Source of the DNA: Lingula anatina
Taxonomy: Eukaryota; Animalia; Brachiopoda
Direction: 5' to 3'
Length of the DNA: 64,000 bases
NCBI GenBank assembly: GCA_051362555.1
Contig: CM120640.1
Span: 60,676,788-60,740,787, forward strand
The notes below the pieces were generated by a model that worked only from the letters and a program-made list of their open reading frames with translations, had not been told where the DNA came from and ran no database searches. Shown here one piece after another: positions 13,511 to 28,360 of the stretch. The translations under genes and the position numbers were made by a program. How positions within the stretch are numbered: position 1 is the first letter of the stretch; every line of letters begins with the position of its first letter.

Positions 13511-14273
13511 ACGTACTTCACATATTTGGATTTCACCTTTTACTTTTCCCCATGATTTTGTTATAAATTGTAATTTTCAACATAAAATTGTGAACTATTG
13601 TTTACTGCATTTTGAAGAGCTTATCAAACACAAGACTGGAGGTGATGTCTTTTTTTTTTTTTTTTTGTCCTTACCAATGCGCTTACTCCAGCTGGTGGTA
13701 CAATACCTGGAGACGTTATCGCCTCTCTGATCCTCTATTTAAGGTGTGTAATTGGTATGGTAAACCTACATGAAACAATGGTGAAGGTAGGATGATCTTG
13801 CAGAATTAGAATCTCAGATAAGTTTGCTCAGTGTGAGAGGAGTATTCTTATGTTTGAGAGTATCTCCCTATACGATTAAAGTATTTGTTTGACCTTTTTG
13901 GTGTGAAGTCACTTGCTCTATTGGCAGGCAATGATATATTAGCATCCAGATTTTATTATTTTAAAATTTTAACCTGAAATAAAGTTTTTTCTTGGCAGTT
14001 TGAGGCCTTTAAGCAGCACCCAATGGTGGTGTCTCGATAGTCCAAAGGTTCATTGGTTCGAAAAACATTTTCATCAGTTTTTTTAATCAAGGATTCATTG
14101 AATGTTTTTCCTCAAATATTTTCTTTGTAAAATCTGATGAAAATATAAGCTGGAAAAAACTAATAATTTCTAGCTTCTTTATTTATTGCTTGGACAACAG
14201 TATGGTATCGGAGTATGAGCATACATCAAGAGTTATGCATCCTGCATGGTGCCTACTTCCGTGTAATGAGGAT

Positions 14274-14490
14274 AAGACTGGGTTCCCATACCTAGATAGA
14301 TCTAACAGAATCGAACCAACTTTTAGGGGTTTCTCGCTAAATTGCTTTCAGCTAAAGCGGCTTAGATGTCTAGCACGCCTACTGAAGCTGCTAAACGATA
14401 ATTAATTAATTACCCCCTAGCAGCTCCCGTAGGCATGCAGACACCTAAGTTGATTTAGTGAGAATCCCCTCCCCTCAGAGATAAATCAGT
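14274..14490. mobile_element. Foldback MITE type B (Harbinger-like termini)
   Basis: taagactgggttcccatacctagatagatctaacag.. plus a palindromic gcctactgaagctgcta/tagcagct..gtaggc core. Confidence 0.7.
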
Positions 14491-15160
14491 ACAGTACGTA
14501 GGGTCTGGGAATGTTCCCTTAAAGTGCCAGTGGTCACAGTAGGTGTAAAGAAATAATGGGATAACCTTTGGGTGATAAAAACAGGCCAAGCATGAAGCAG
14601 TATATATCCTATTTACCTAGTAAGTACTGTACAAGTCTAATTCAGCAAGAGACACTTGTGTGGGTGGCAGTATTCAGTAGTATCTCTAGACAAATGGTGA
14701 GTTTGATGCTCATGCACAATATGATGTTTACCCTAGCATAAATTTTCACAGCAAAATGCAAAAATTAAAAAGTGGGAAAGAAACATATGTTTCCTGTTAG
14801 AGCTTTTGAGATATTTTTGTTTTTCTGTACTGTGGACCCTCATGTTGAATAATAAGTCGCAGCATTGAAAGATCTGAAAGAATATGACATTTGAATTCTA
14901 TCAGTTTTCAGATAAAAAACAACTTAGGTTAAATTAATCAAAAACCTCCAAATCTTTTCAGACCTCCCCTTATATTTTTCTTGTAAATTTGATAAATTAG
15001 CATGAGATACATATTACATCACTCTGAGGCCATTGCTGATCAAAACCAGTGCATATGGTATGAACTTAAGCCAGCTTACCGTGTAAGAGAGGATTTCCTT
15101 TGGTGTTATTAAAGGATTTACAGTATGTGTAATTGTAATTTGAGCGCTGACATGACTTAA

Positions 15161-15332
15161 CCCTTGTACGCCATGTCACAAATATCCACAAAAAATGCAA
15201 CTTAATCAGTTTTAAATGATGGTTTAAAAGTTATTGTATGAACTCCACATCTTGGAAGTGCATTTGATTTTCCTTTCAGTCAATATTTGTTGAAAAATTA
15301 TTTCTTTTGAAACTGTGTATGGCATGAAAGGG
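15161..15332. mobile_element. piggyBac-like MITE
   Basis: TTAA|CCCTTgtacgccat ... atggcatgaAAGGG|TTAA: TTAA TSD with CCC/GGG ends. Confidence 0.75.
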
Positions 15333-16921
15333 TTAACTTGGATGTATAACTTGGCATGCGGCCATCACAAAGAGGGTTGTTAAAGGTTACCATTAATCAT
15401 TGTGGTGTGCAGACGGTTGGGGCCGTGTGCAAAAGTATTGATTTTTTTTTCTGTGTAATAAATTGAAGGAGTGTCTAAATCCATCACATTAATAGTAACA
15501 AGAAGCCAAGGTTGACTGAAGATAAAGAAGCTTTGTAAGCTTGTGTGAGTATAAAATAAGGTGTGTATGCATGGAAGTGAACTATTCACTCTTCTCCAGC
15601 ATTTATTTAATACAGTGTGGATGAAGCTGGCATATAAATTTTTCTAAGCACATTATAGCACATATAGCACTTCATTTATAATTATGAAGGTGAAACATGA
15701 ATATGCTAATATTAATTTATGAAATGGTGAAACTATGAAAATTTATGGCTAGAAGATCTTTATACTTAATGAAATAACATCTGTGAATGTTCTCATGCAA
15801 GCAGAATAGCTTGTGCTTAGTGGGATTCATATGACCTACATTGAAAGTTAAAGGTAATAACCATTGGATTTATTGTCTTATATCCTGGATAAAAAGACAT
15901 AACAATGTTCCAGGGGTTTGTTTAAAAAAATAAATGAAATTTGTCTGAACAAAGACTGTTAAAAATTTTGTAGACAAAGTTGTTCTTCACAAAGACGCTT
16001 CAAGACAATATGTTCTCTTTGAACAAATTGTAAATGGATTGACTATGATTTTTACTCTGAATGGTGGCAATGGTCCAATTTGGTGTGTCAACTACATTGT
16101 GAATCATTTGTAGGGATAACCATCATAAACCCATTTCACATCTTTAATTGTTACACTTTTTTTTTTCAACAAAACATTTAGACTCGTCCTAACATGTAGT
16201 TATATGCCACAGGTGGTTTTGCTCCCAGTCTGCCTCTAACTGTTTGGACCAATCAGAACGAATCTGGTTAACCAGTGGTGTCAAGCCCAAGGTGGTTCAT
16301 TTATAGGTGACTTTTGTGTAATAGCTAGACCATAAGTTGTCAATCTCTCAAAGCATTTGGTACAGATATAGGCTACACATGTACATTTAGATAAGTATAT
16401 ATAATGCATGAGGTGGAAAGGGCTTTGGACCAATATCTTGAATTATTCCCAATTGAACTGTCATTCTACATAGATCGATCCAACTCCTCAAGGACTCTTG
16501 CTGAATGCAATCAGAGTAACAGATTAACATGCCTCCTCTTGATGGATGGATGGATGGATGGATGTTGAGTTGAATACAGAAAATCAGGTGATTATACAAG
16601 TATGTTGGAAACAAGAGGAAGTATGTCAATCAGTTGATCTGATTGCATTTAGTGAGAGTCAGCGTGGCGTTGGAATGATCTACATGGAACGACAGTTCAT
16701 AGTCCACTTTCTTATTTCAAGAGTCTAAGTTAGGACAAAAAACTAGGTATCTTTTTTGATACAGGCCCCTGGTCATTATGGATCTGTTCCAACTGAACTG
16801 ATCTTGCTTCCGTACTTACAATTTACCATCACTGCCATAATTTGTTTGAATAATTATAGCCTGTAGCACTCCAGCTCGTGCACTTTCTCTTATCTGTTTT
16901 ATATCGATTATTGTGCTATTA

Positions 16922-17186
16922 AGACCTTATTCCCATACTTAGATCGTTCTATCAGGGGTTGACCCATCTTTGAGGGGTTTCTCGCTAAATTGCTTTCAGC
17001 TTAAGTGGCTAAGATGTCTGGCATGCCTATTGGAGCTGCTAAACAATACCCAATTACCCTCTCCCCAAAAAAGCTTTAGTAGGCATGCCAGGCATCAGAG
17101 CTTTTTACACTGAATGTAATTTAGCGAAAAACCTCTCAGAGGTGGGTCGATCCTGCTAGATCGATCTAGCTATAGGAATGGGGTGT
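16922..17186. mobile_element. Full-length foldback MITE type B (Harbinger-like)
   Basis: attcccatacttagatcg..tttctcgctaaattgc..tggcatgcctat is mirrored by gtaggcatgcca..aatttagcgaaaa..gatcgatctagctataggaat. TAA flanks. Further copies at ~21848-22053, 27560-27735, 36208-36375, 44333-44548, 55900-56120 and 57815-58030. Confidence 0.8.
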
Positions 17187-19116
17187 AAATGTAAGTAAAG
17201 TACAGATGGCAATGATGTCATTAGCCAAAACAGCTCTGTTTTGAAAATATATCATTTCTTCTCATTCCTTTAGTAAAACTTTGAGAAAATCTTGATTCAT
17301 CATCACTATACTGGCTGATCACTGGACCTCCCAAATCCTGGTACCCATAAATCCACATTTGATTAGTGTTGCAAGCCTTCTCAGTTTCCATACAGCACAT
17401 TCAGTAAATAACAAAAAAAAAAAAAAAAAAAAAAAAAAAAGGAAAACCAGTGTCCCATCGCTCAGATATTATATGTACCCTGACCAGGTGTCAGCTGACA
17501 TCTTTTATAAGCTTATTACTTGTTAAAGCCCCCTCTAAATCATACTGGACAGCATCTTCTCCATCCTCGTAGTACAGCCCCGTTTGAGAGTAAAAATAAA
17601 AAATAGTTCATGTGCTGACAACTGGCCGATCATTGAGCATTCACTCTGCAACCAAAGCAATGCTTGTGCCTCTTTTTTATGACCACAGCAATACCAGTTT
17701 CATGGTCACACAAAGGACGCAAAAAGGACGCCGCCCAGTGTAAAGGGAGTTTAAGTAGTTTGTTCCTTTTGATAACATTAAATTGTGAGTTGTGGTGGTC
17801 AACTTCAAATGTCATGTAAAATTACTTAACATTCGGCGGATATTTTTAAAGAGTATACCATTGCATTACCAGTTCAAAACAGTGCATCAGCTAATAACAA
17901 TTTAATATATTCAGACTTGCATACCTAAAATCTCAAAGCCTTGTTACAGAAGTTTAGTCAAACAGTAAGCATTAGACCATTACAAAGCAAAATTATTTCC
18001 TGGAAATTTCATCAATTACTCTTTCTAACCAAGGTATACAATATCCACAATTACCATCTACTAGTATAGCCTAATTTATGAGTTATAAGTTTCACATGTC
18101 TAACATGCACTGTTTTCCTTTCATTTTGATCTGCTAATTAGAAAGCCTGGCAGTCTTTCAGTTAAAATTTTCATTGACAGGAAAAAAAAACTAGTGATTT
18201 GGGGGTCATTAATTCATAGCTCCATTGATGATCTAAATAGTAATTAGATAATATTCAGTTTGACCAACAAATACACTGTAAATTTCTCTTTTCTATTTTT
18301 GTTCTGATATCAATTTCTATTGAGCCTTAATGTACAGTTTTATAGAGCCTTAACACCATTGCCCCCTGCACAAATTTTAAGACTTGCAGTTTCAGATTTA
18401 GGGCCCTTGGGGTCAAGATGCCTTCAAACCATGAAATGAGAACATTCAAGATGCACTCTATAAGTAATAAGCAAAGGTCTATTATAAATATATATTAATA
18501 CAAAACTAGCTGATACCCGTTACATTAATCATTGAACTGTGATAAGAGATTAGTTGAGATCGACTCACACAGAATATATATAGTATATGAAGAGATTCTG
18601 TAAATGATTCTGTATATAAATAGCATATATATTAACCTCTTATCATGGTTCAGTGATTGATGTGATGTGTGTGTGTGTGTGCGCGCGCGCGCGTATGCTC
18701 TTGTGCACGCATTCTAACCGAGGACACACACCCGCCCGAAACCCACTAACCGAGGACACACCTCCAACCGAGGACGTCCTCGGTTGACATAAGCAGTGGA
18801 ATGCATAAAGGGGCCCATTTCAAGTTAGGTGGTGAAATTTGACGCTATTCTGAGCCAGTCCTCGGTTATGCTGTATAGCGCGGGCCAAATTCCCGCCACG
18901 AGTGTATCAGAAATACTGTCCAACTTTTTGTCTGAAATCGGGCTATACACACGCGTCCTCGGTTGTGCTGTAAAGGGCGGACCAAATTCCGCGTCCTCGG
19001 TTGTGCTGTAAAGGGCAGACTGAACTGAAACTAATGTTATATCTCAGATGTCTATATATTCAGTAAGTTCATATTTTTAAACTAAAGGTCTTTTTTTATC
19101 AAATTAAGCTCTCCTA

Positions 19117-21665
19117 CTCTGAAGTATCAAATAAACGTACCGGTACGTTAATTAATTTTCCAAATTTCTTCCCGCCGGTACGCTCCATTTTCACCCAGTA
19201 CGCTTATTAATTTTTCAAAAATCTTCCACCCGGTATGTTTATTAAATACCTATTGTACCGGTGGGAAATTACACAAGTACAAGTCACGCTTTTTATTTTC
19301 TTAAATTGAAGTATAATGAGAAGAAAATCGAGATCTCAACTCATTACCTACTGTTCCACAAACAGCACTGGAAAGTAGGTCAAGCGGAAGTCGCTCTCTG
19401 AACACAACAGTACATGCGTCACCTGATTTCAGTTTCTATAAATAGACGTGCTTTCCCTTCAGCAGTGACAACTACTCATGTATATCGATCGAATGATGCA
19501 ATGTCGCAAGGTGATAGGATCATATTTATAGCTAAGGAGGTCATTTCAAGTGCAGCAAAGAAGTTGTGTCTGTTTTCAAACGTCAATTATTTCATGCCGA
19601 TTTATGATTTAAACGATGTTAAATCACATTTCTATGTAAGATAAACCCTTAGGAGTTTACAGGTATGCAAAACGAACCTATTATATCTGAGAATAAATTT
19701 ACTAGTATGAACCGTATGGCTCTCGGAGGCGGCTTAGGTGCGATATATCTGGGTCTTCGGCCCCTGACAATTATGAAATTTAACTCATCCCGTTTTAAGA
19801 TAAATTTTAATACTGAGTGAATTTTACCTGGTGAATTTTTTTTTTTTTTTTTTTTTTACAATGATCAATAGCTAGCTTTTTATGTACAGACACAGATGTG
19901 TCTGTACATATAGCCGTCATCTGCGTCTGTCGTCGCCGTCGCTGTCGCCGTGCACTTTTACCGATAACACGATAAGTGGAAAACTGTTTTTTCTTTTGGC
20001 TTGAAACTTACAGAACTGATGAATATTCGTAATACGCAGGTCAAGTTCGAAAATCAGCATGATCGGGTCACTTATAGGGAATTTATGCTGTTTTTTCACT
20101 TTTTTCAGCATATATGCAGCACCGATAACACGATAAGTGGAAAACCATTTTACCTTTTGGTTTTAAACTTACAGAACTGATGAATATTCATAATACGCAG
20201 GTCAAGTTTGAAAATCAGCGTGATTGGGTCATTTTTAGGGAAGTAATGCTGTTTTTCACTTTTTCCAGCATGTATGCAACACCTTTGTGCTATATGATGG
20301 TACTGTATGGATTGCAGTCTATAAAATTGTCCCTTGGGTGATCACTAATTAAATTAAGGTCTATAAAGTCACTTGCCTACTCATTAATTTTCAATTGGCC
20401 GTTAAATGAGATTACATAAAACACTCCTTGAGATTTCCCTGTAAAGTCCCATAGGTTTAGCTCTCTTAACTGTGTCACAAAATTAGGATTTGGTGATAAT
20501 TGTGCAGATAAATGGTGTTAAACATTGCAAATAAATTTACAACAAAAAGAATGTGTTATGCCAACATGCTATAGATGAATAACAGTGCTTTATTTTTCTC
20601 AAACTTGGTGGGGTTATTAATATCAAGTTAATACAGCTAGATTAAAAGTTTGAATAGCAGCTTTATTGGAATTTTTTACGTTTTTTTTTTTTTAATTTTT
20701 TTTTAAATTATTTTTCAAACACTAGCATCTTCAAGATGTGATTTTTTACTCCCATCCACCAGAAGTGCTGTGCATTTTCTGTATTTTTGTATATAATTGT
20801 TATTTCTTCAGATTTAATTCTTAGGCATGTTAACAGTCTCATTATGGAACTAATAAGATATGTAAAAGTGTTGTTTTGACATTTTCTGCTTCTTAACAAT
20901 ATTGTTGATTATATAAAAATGACGGTAAACCTGTTATAATATTGTGCATTGTGTAATAAAGTATCATAAATGGAAAGGAACTCATCATTGCAGTTTGTCA
21001 GATTTAATCATTCACTATGTTCAGCATCTGCAAATGGAGAAAATTGGACATTGAAAATTGTTCTATTGATAGTTTTCCTATGTCAACAATTTTCCTAGTT
21101 GAACATTTAAAAATGACAGTTTATTGATCATTTTGTTTTAAAAAAGGTGTTGAAAATGGAAAGAAAATCATTTCAGTACAGTTATCTCTTGTTTACATTT
21201 TGGCATTTTGAAAGTGTGACTCTGAACTTCCATGGCCTTGAAGACCTTCCCAAATCACATTTTCTGAATATTCATGATACTTTTATTTTTTTATAAAAAA
21301 TTTGATGGTCATTATGCTGTTAAGTATTATGGTTTATTGCATGAAAGTTGAAGAAAACCCTATTTTGGACACTGCTGCCAGGATAGCGGTTAAGGGAAAA
21401 CCATGTTACTTACGATACTGAAACTTACTGAAAAGTTTCATAAGACAGAAGTGCAGCTTGTGTTTGAAAACCAGTGTGATTGTTTTCTGTTTTGGAGGCA
21501 ATGCAGGTTTATAGAGTGCTATACTGGCATTTTCAAGTCGTGACTTATCACTCCCATCTGCCAGGAGCCCTGTACTCTTACTTTGTAACATTTTCTGTAT
21601 TTTGTTAAGTTACAAGAATGATTCTTAGGATTGACATACAGCAAAAAAAAAAAAAAAAAAAAATT

Positions 21666-21740
<75 letters not shown>

Positions 21741-22363
21741 TAATGAGTTTAAGCAATTTTTTTTTTGTGTATAATTTTCACTGTACCTCATTCTGGCATT
21801 TCCAAAGTTTAACTCTTATCAGCCTGACACCTTATGGACTATTTCCAGACCCTATCACGCTAACTGTGGATCGATCTATCTCCATGGGAATTCTCGCTAA
21901 ATTGCAATCAATGTAAGTGGCTTAGTTGTCTGTCACGCCTACTGAAACTGGCATGCCAGAATCCTAAGACTCTCAAACTGAAAGCAATTTAGTGAGAAAC
22001 CCCTTGGAGTTGGATTGATCCTGTTAGATTGATCTAGGTATGGGAACTTAGTCTAATGCTTGATACACATTTTACTTTCATCCTAATCCAATGTTATGCA
22101 GAATAAGAATTTGATTTTGGCTATGCATTTACAGTTAGCATAATACATTAGTTCATCAGAATTGACAGTATCCTATTTCCTGCGTTTTTATTTTCTGGTT
22201 TTTGTCTGTACATTTGACAGCTTTGCTGCCTTGTTTCTTTCTCTTCTTCTTCTTTACTTTTATTTATTTATTTCATTTTTTTTGGGGGGGGGGGGAGCGG
22301 TGTAAAGGTTTTTTCCACCCAGTACTTTTATTCCATCCAGTACTTATATTCGATACTTCAGAG
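19117..22363. mobile_element. TA-flanked TIR element (Tc1/mariner-pogo type, non-autonomous)
   Basis: TA|ctctgaagtatcaaataaacgtac ... gtacttatattcgatacttcagag|TA. Confidence 0.7.
19876..21400 (+). mobile_element. Helentron-associated (HINE/DINE-1-like) element
   Basis: Starts in a T-run with the hairpin tatgtacagacac..gtgtctgtacata, then a cgtctgtcgtcgccgtc microsatellite, then ~158-bp tandem units. The body is homologous to 22365-25520. Confidence 0.6.
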
Positions 22364-22364
22364 T

Positions 22365-25000
22365 AGGCTTTTCATAAAACTCACAGAACTGATGATTATA
22401 AGTAAAAGAATGGTCAAGATTGAAAATCAGCATGACCAGGCCCTTTTCTTTCAAATGTTATGCTGTTTTTTTTTTTTTTTTTTTTTTCAGCATATAAGTA
22501 ACACTGTAAGCACATTTCAGGGAGAACCAATAAGCCTGTTTTCATGAAACTCACAGGAGTAATCAATGTTATCTATATACAAATCAAGTTTAAAAATAAG
22601 ATTGATTGGTTGAGTTTTGAGGGACTTCAGCTTTTATTTGTATATAAGTGGTTTTCCTCAGATTTGATTGTTAGGCATGTTGACAGTTTCGTTATTGAAC
22701 TAACTAGATATGTAAATATGTTAGTGTTTCTCTGAAATTTTCTGCATCTTTACAACATTGCTAGTTGATTATATAAATATGACGGTAAACATGTTATCAT
22801 GTACTGTGTAATACAGTGTCTCAAAATGGAGGAAATGGGGTGATTATTTTCAAAAGTTTTGCATTTTTTTCTCCTTTTTTCAGTGTACATGCAACACTGT
22901 AAACACACTTCAAGGAGAACCAATAGGCCTGTTTTCATGAAACTCAGAGAACTGATGATTATTAGTAAATTAAAAAGAATGATCAAGATTGAAAATCAGC
23001 ATGACCAGGCCCTTTTCTTTCAAATGTTATGCTGGTTTTTTTTCAGCATATATGTAACACTGTAAGCACATTTCAAGGAGAACCAATAAGCCTGTTTTTA
23101 TGAAACTCACAGAACTGATGATTATTAGTAAAAGAATGGTCAACATTGAAAATCAGCATGACCAGGCCCTTTTCTTTCAAATGTTATGCTGTTTTTTTTA
23201 AGCATATAAGTAACACTGTAAGCACATTTCAGGAAGAACCAATAACTTAAAGCCTGTTTTCATGAAACTCACAGAACTGATTATTATGAGTAAAAGAATG
23301 GTCAAGATTGAAAATCAGCATGACCAGGCCCTTTTCTTTCAAATGTTATGCTGTTTTTTTTCAGCATATAAGTAACACTGTAAGCACATTTCTGGGAGAA
23401 CCGATAGGCCTGTTGTCATTAAACTCACAAGAGTGATCAATGTTATCTATATACAAATTAAATTTAAAAATAAGATAGATTGGTTGAGTTCTGAGGGACT
23501 TCAGCTTTTATTTGTATATAAGTGGTTTTCCTCAGATTTGATTGTCAGGCATGTTGACAGTTTCGTTATTGAATTAACTAGATATGTAAATATGTTAGTG
23601 TTTCTCTGAAATTGTCTGCATCTTTACAACATTGCTAGTTGATTATATAAATATGACGGTAAACATGTTATCATGTACTGTGTAATACAGTGTCTCAAAA
23701 TGGAGGAAATGGGGTGATTATTTTCAAAAGTTTTGCATTTTTTCTCCTTTTTTCAGTGTACATGCAACACTGTTAACATATTTCAAGGAGAACCAATAAG
23801 CCTGTTTTCATGAAACTCAGAGAACTGATGATTATTAGTAAATTAAAAAGAATGATCAAGATTGAAAATCAGCATGACCAGGCCCTTTTCTTTCAAATGT
23901 TATGCTGGTTTTTTTTCAGCATATATGTAACACTGTAAGCACATTTCAAGGAGAACCAATAAGCCTGTTTTTATGAAACTCACAGAACTGATGATTATTA
24001 GTAAAAGAATGGTCAACATTGAAAATCAGCATGACCAGGCCCTTTTCTTTCAAATGTTATGCTGTTTTTTTTAAGCATATAAGTAACACTGTAAGCACAT
24101 TTCAGGAAGAACCAATAACTTAAAGCCTGTTTTCATGAAACTCACAGAACTGATTATTATGAGTAAAAGAATGGTCAAGATTGAAAATCAGCATGACCAG
24201 GCCCTTTTCTTTCAAATGTTATGCTGTTTTTTTTCAGCATATAAGTAACACTGTAAGCACATTTCTGGGAGAACCGATAGGCCTGTTGTCATTAAACTCA
24301 CAAGAGTGATCAATGTTATCTATATACAAATTAAATTTAAAAATAAGATAGATTGGTTGAGTTCTGAGGGACTTCAGCTTTTATTTGTATATAAGTGGTT
24401 TTCCTCAGATTTGATTGTCAGGCATGTTGACAGTTTCGTTATTGAATTAACTAGATATGTAAATATGTTAGTGTTTCTCTGAAATTGTCTGCATCTTTAC
24501 AACATTGCTAGTTGATTATATAAATATGACGGTAAACATGTTATCATGTACTGTGTAATACAGTGTCTCAAAATGGAGGAAATGGGGTGATTATTTTCAA
24601 AAGTTTTGCATTTTTTCTCCTTTTTTCAGTGTACATGCAACACTGTTAACATATTTCAAGGAGAACCAATAAGCCTGTTTTCATGAAACTCACAGAACTG
24701 ATGATTATTAGTAAATTAAAAAGAATGATCAAGATTGAAAATCAGCATGACCAGGCCCTTTTCTTTCAAATGTTATGCTGTTTTTTTTCAGCATATAAGT
24801 AACACTGTAAGCACATTTCTGGGAGAACCGATAGGCCTGTTGTCATTAAACTCACAAGAGTGATCAATGTTATCTATATACAAATCAAATTTAAAAATAA
24901 GATAGATTGGTTGAGTTCTGAGGGACTTCAGCTTTTATTTGTATATAAGTGGTTTTCCTCAGATTTGATTGTCAGGCATGTAAACAGTCTCATTATTGAA
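22365..25000 (+). repeat. Higher-order tandem array: ~873-bp period built from ~123-bp subunits plus a spacer
   Basis: Marker gacggtaaacatg recurs at 22781, 23655 and 24528. The subunit gaaactcacagaactgatgattat..gaaaatcagcatgaccaggccc is repeated about 8 times. Confidence 0.9.
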
Positions 25001-26169
25001 TTTACTAGATATGTAAAATGGGTTGTTTGACAATTTCTGCGTCTTGACAATATTGCTAGTTGATTATATAAAAATGGTGGTAAACCTGTTATCTTGTATT
25101 GTGTAAAAAAAGTGCCAAAATGGAAATGAACTCATATCATTGTAGTTTGTCAGATTCAATCATTCACAATGTTCGGAATGGAGGAAATTGGACATTTAAA
25201 CTTGTTATATTGATATTTTTGCCATCTCAACAATTTTCTTAGTTGATCATGTGAAATGGCAGTAAACTGTATTATTTTATGTAAAAAAGTTAAAAATGGA
25301 AAGAAACCCATTTCAGTACAGTGCTCTCTTGTATACATTTAGCATTTTCAAAGTATGACTTTGGAGTTCCATGAACCTGAAAACCTTTGCTAGTCACATT
25401 TTCTGAATATTCATGATACTAATATTTTATTATAAAAAATTGATGATCATTATGCTGTTAAGCATTATATAATATTGCATCAAATTGGAAGAAAGCACAA
25501 TTTTGGGTGCTGCTGGCATGATGTCCTCAATTGTAAAATTGTGTACTGTTCAAGTCTGTATCCAATGGACGACACTTTGTGTTATCAAAATACAAAATTC
25601 ATGATAATAAAAGAGTGCTAAATAGAAAATAAGCATTATGAAAATAAAATGTTTGAAAACGAATTTCTTTGGTCTTTTATTTTATTTCATCAGTATCCTT
25701 TCTTTTCCTAAATTAATTGATGTTTTATCTCATAATCTTCAATTCTAAAAAAGTGGCAAAGCCCAGCATTAAATATTGTATAACTGTTCATTTAATCATC
25801 ACCTCTGGTGTTATTTTGGAATTTACCTTAAACATGAAAGAATTTCATAAAAATGTGAATTGCTGCAAAGTAACGCTATATAAAATTTGCTTTGCATTAA
25901 AAGTACAATCATTATTACATGTAGATGCATGCATGTCCTCGGTTGTAATGTGTATTGTCTGTCCGTGTGTGTGTCCGTGTGTGTCCTCGGTTAGAATGTA
26001 AAATTCTTGTCAGCAAAAAATTAGTTTTTATAAAAAATTAATTTATAACATTCATACTCGAATAGATTTTACCCTAAATTGAATGTTTTTATTTTGATTT
26101 AACCAAGGAATAAGATGTCCTCGGTTGTATGGTGTTGTGCTGATGTCCTCGGTTGGTACACATAGACAA

Positions 26170-26207
<38 letters not shown>

Positions 26208-28360
26208 TTTTTTTAAATTCAATTATCTTTCTATGCTGTAAGTCTTGGCAGTAGTTATGGTACAGTTATGGTAATGGTGCTTTCAATTACTGGAAAAGGT
26301 GAAGGGGTTATTCACCAGATGCCATCAATATTCACCTGCTCATGTAGATTGTAATCATCAACATGGTTTGGTGTGCAAAATGTAGAGGGTCGTGTGCAAA
26401 GGTAATTGTATAGCTGGTAGTGATTCATATGTCCCTTGGCATATTGATTGTATGCTGGTGTGCTAGGTAAGTTACGTAAGCTTTTAATGGGAGTAGTTCT
26501 CATAAATAGTTAACAGCATTATCTGGGTTTTCTGAAATATTGCTGTTCATTGTTGAAAGGGCCTGTTTGGCATAAGCAATTCTTATCAGCATACATCACA
26601 TAATTAGTTATTGGTCCCCTGTAGTTATATGGAGAGGATCTTTTGTTTAGCAAGGTTTATAGCCTAAGGGGCTGTTGGAATTTGACACCATATGAATACT
26701 TGTGAGGGGTAGTTGCTTGCACAAACTAAGCTCTGCACATGTGGTATTGATCATTCTAGAAGAGTGGCTCCATATAAATCACAGGCAGTGTAGGTAGTGA
26801 CCAAGAGGACTATTTACAGAGAAAGCAGTCCTTTGTGTGGATATATTGACTCAGTACAAAGGTAAATTATGAATTTGCTTATCAATGCACAAGATTTATT
26901 TGATAGGCAGAATGCCAAAATTTTCTGTAAACCTTAACTGCATTATCACATGCCCTTTATCAGTAGTTTGCCAGACTGATAAGTTGCAGCTGGGTTAAGA
27001 CAGGGTCAAATTATTATCACTGTTAAATATAGCATTAGAGGCAGTGCCTTCTTTGTATAGGCTAGGATATGTATGCTTACTGTAAATCTGGATATAATGG
27101 TGCAATAAAATGACAGCTTTGAAAATCAGCTTTCTGGATTGGGGGAGGGGAGGAGGAGACAAGTAAAGACAAGGAAAATTGATTAGTGCTTGTAAGTTGT
27201 ACATTAATTCCTTATGTAAATGGAATTTACTAAAAGTGAATTTTGTTTCAATCTCACTGAGTTATTTAATTGTTTCAAGTAAATGTAGTCAGGGATTGGC
27301 ACATTTTTTTTAGTTTTACACAATTTAAAAGCAACAGTGATAATAACAAGTGCACAAAAAGTGGTATTATTGGGTGGGGTGGTGGAGGGGGGGGGGGGCA
27401 AATGAAACAAGCCCACAAGAACAGATATGACATCAGCTTGTAAAGGGCACACGCATGTGGCAATAGTTCTATGTAGCTGGAATAGAAAAGTCGAAACATA
27501 ATCAAACTGGTGGGTGAAGTGATACAAAAGGACTTAAAATGGGAATTATAGACTGGGTTTTCATATTCTAACTCCCTAGGGGTCCAGTTAAATTGCTATC
27601 AGCTTTAAAGGGAGCCGAACGCACACAAAAGTTAATTACCCCCTTACAGCTTTTAGTAGGAGGGACAGACATTTAAGCTGGTTCAGCTGACAGCAATTTA
27701 GTGAGACTCCCCTGGGAGATAGATCGATCCAAATATCTGTGTCTTTACAGTTTTGCCAGGACATGGATTTTTATAGCCTCTTGAATTAGGGTTTGAACAC
27801 AGGATGGGATGAGGCCTTACCTGCAGTAAGTACCTAGCTGGCATTTAAGGGTGAAAACTTAGGCAACTTCTTGGCTTCTTTAACTTAATCAGAATAGTCG
27901 ACAAGCTAACTTAACCTCTTTAGACTTTACATGTAACGTATAATAAGGAAGTACCTACTACAATAAAAGGTATTACTTAAAGTTACCGAAATTGCCTGTG
28001 AATTATTAAATGGTTCTGATAAACTGATGACAGCGATTCAATGAAAAAAATTCTCAAGGGCATTCTGTACCGCAATATCAGGTAAAACCAATTCTCTCTT
28101 CCCACCAGTAAATTCTTTTGTTTGCGCACAGCTAGCAACATGGTCTAGGGCTTTAGATGGAAAGTGCTTGTTATATAATCTGCCTTTGTTTTTCTGTCTG
28201 GCAAAGAAGGGACAAATTAAGGAGGGATTTCCAATTTCAAGTTTATTTTTCCTTAGCACAAACATACATGATTATAAATATAAACTGCACACAGGCCATA
28301 TTCCATGTAGCATACCAAGCACTTAACCTCAGAGCAATTGATTTCTGTCAGAGGGTCTTA

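Larger units (their letters stand above)
18710..25999. mobile_element. Putative large non-autonomous TIR element with cctcggtt subterminal repeats
   Basis: cattctaaccgaggacacaca (~18710) is inverted as tgtgtgtcctcggttagaatg (~25979-25999). Multiple aaccgagg/cctcggtt motifs cluster at both ends. No TSD identified. Confidence 0.55.

Noticed and set aside
17620-17830. GC-richer island suspected to be an ncRNA or exon
   Set aside because: No tRNA/snRNA/snoRNA box pattern or credible open spliced frame could be identified by eye.
22365-25000. CRISPR array or retrozyme array (units contain CTGATGA...GAAA)
   Set aside because: Units repeat entirely, with no unique spacers or cas genes, in a eukaryotic context. 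No stem II can close between CTGATGA and GAAA, so these are not hammerheads.
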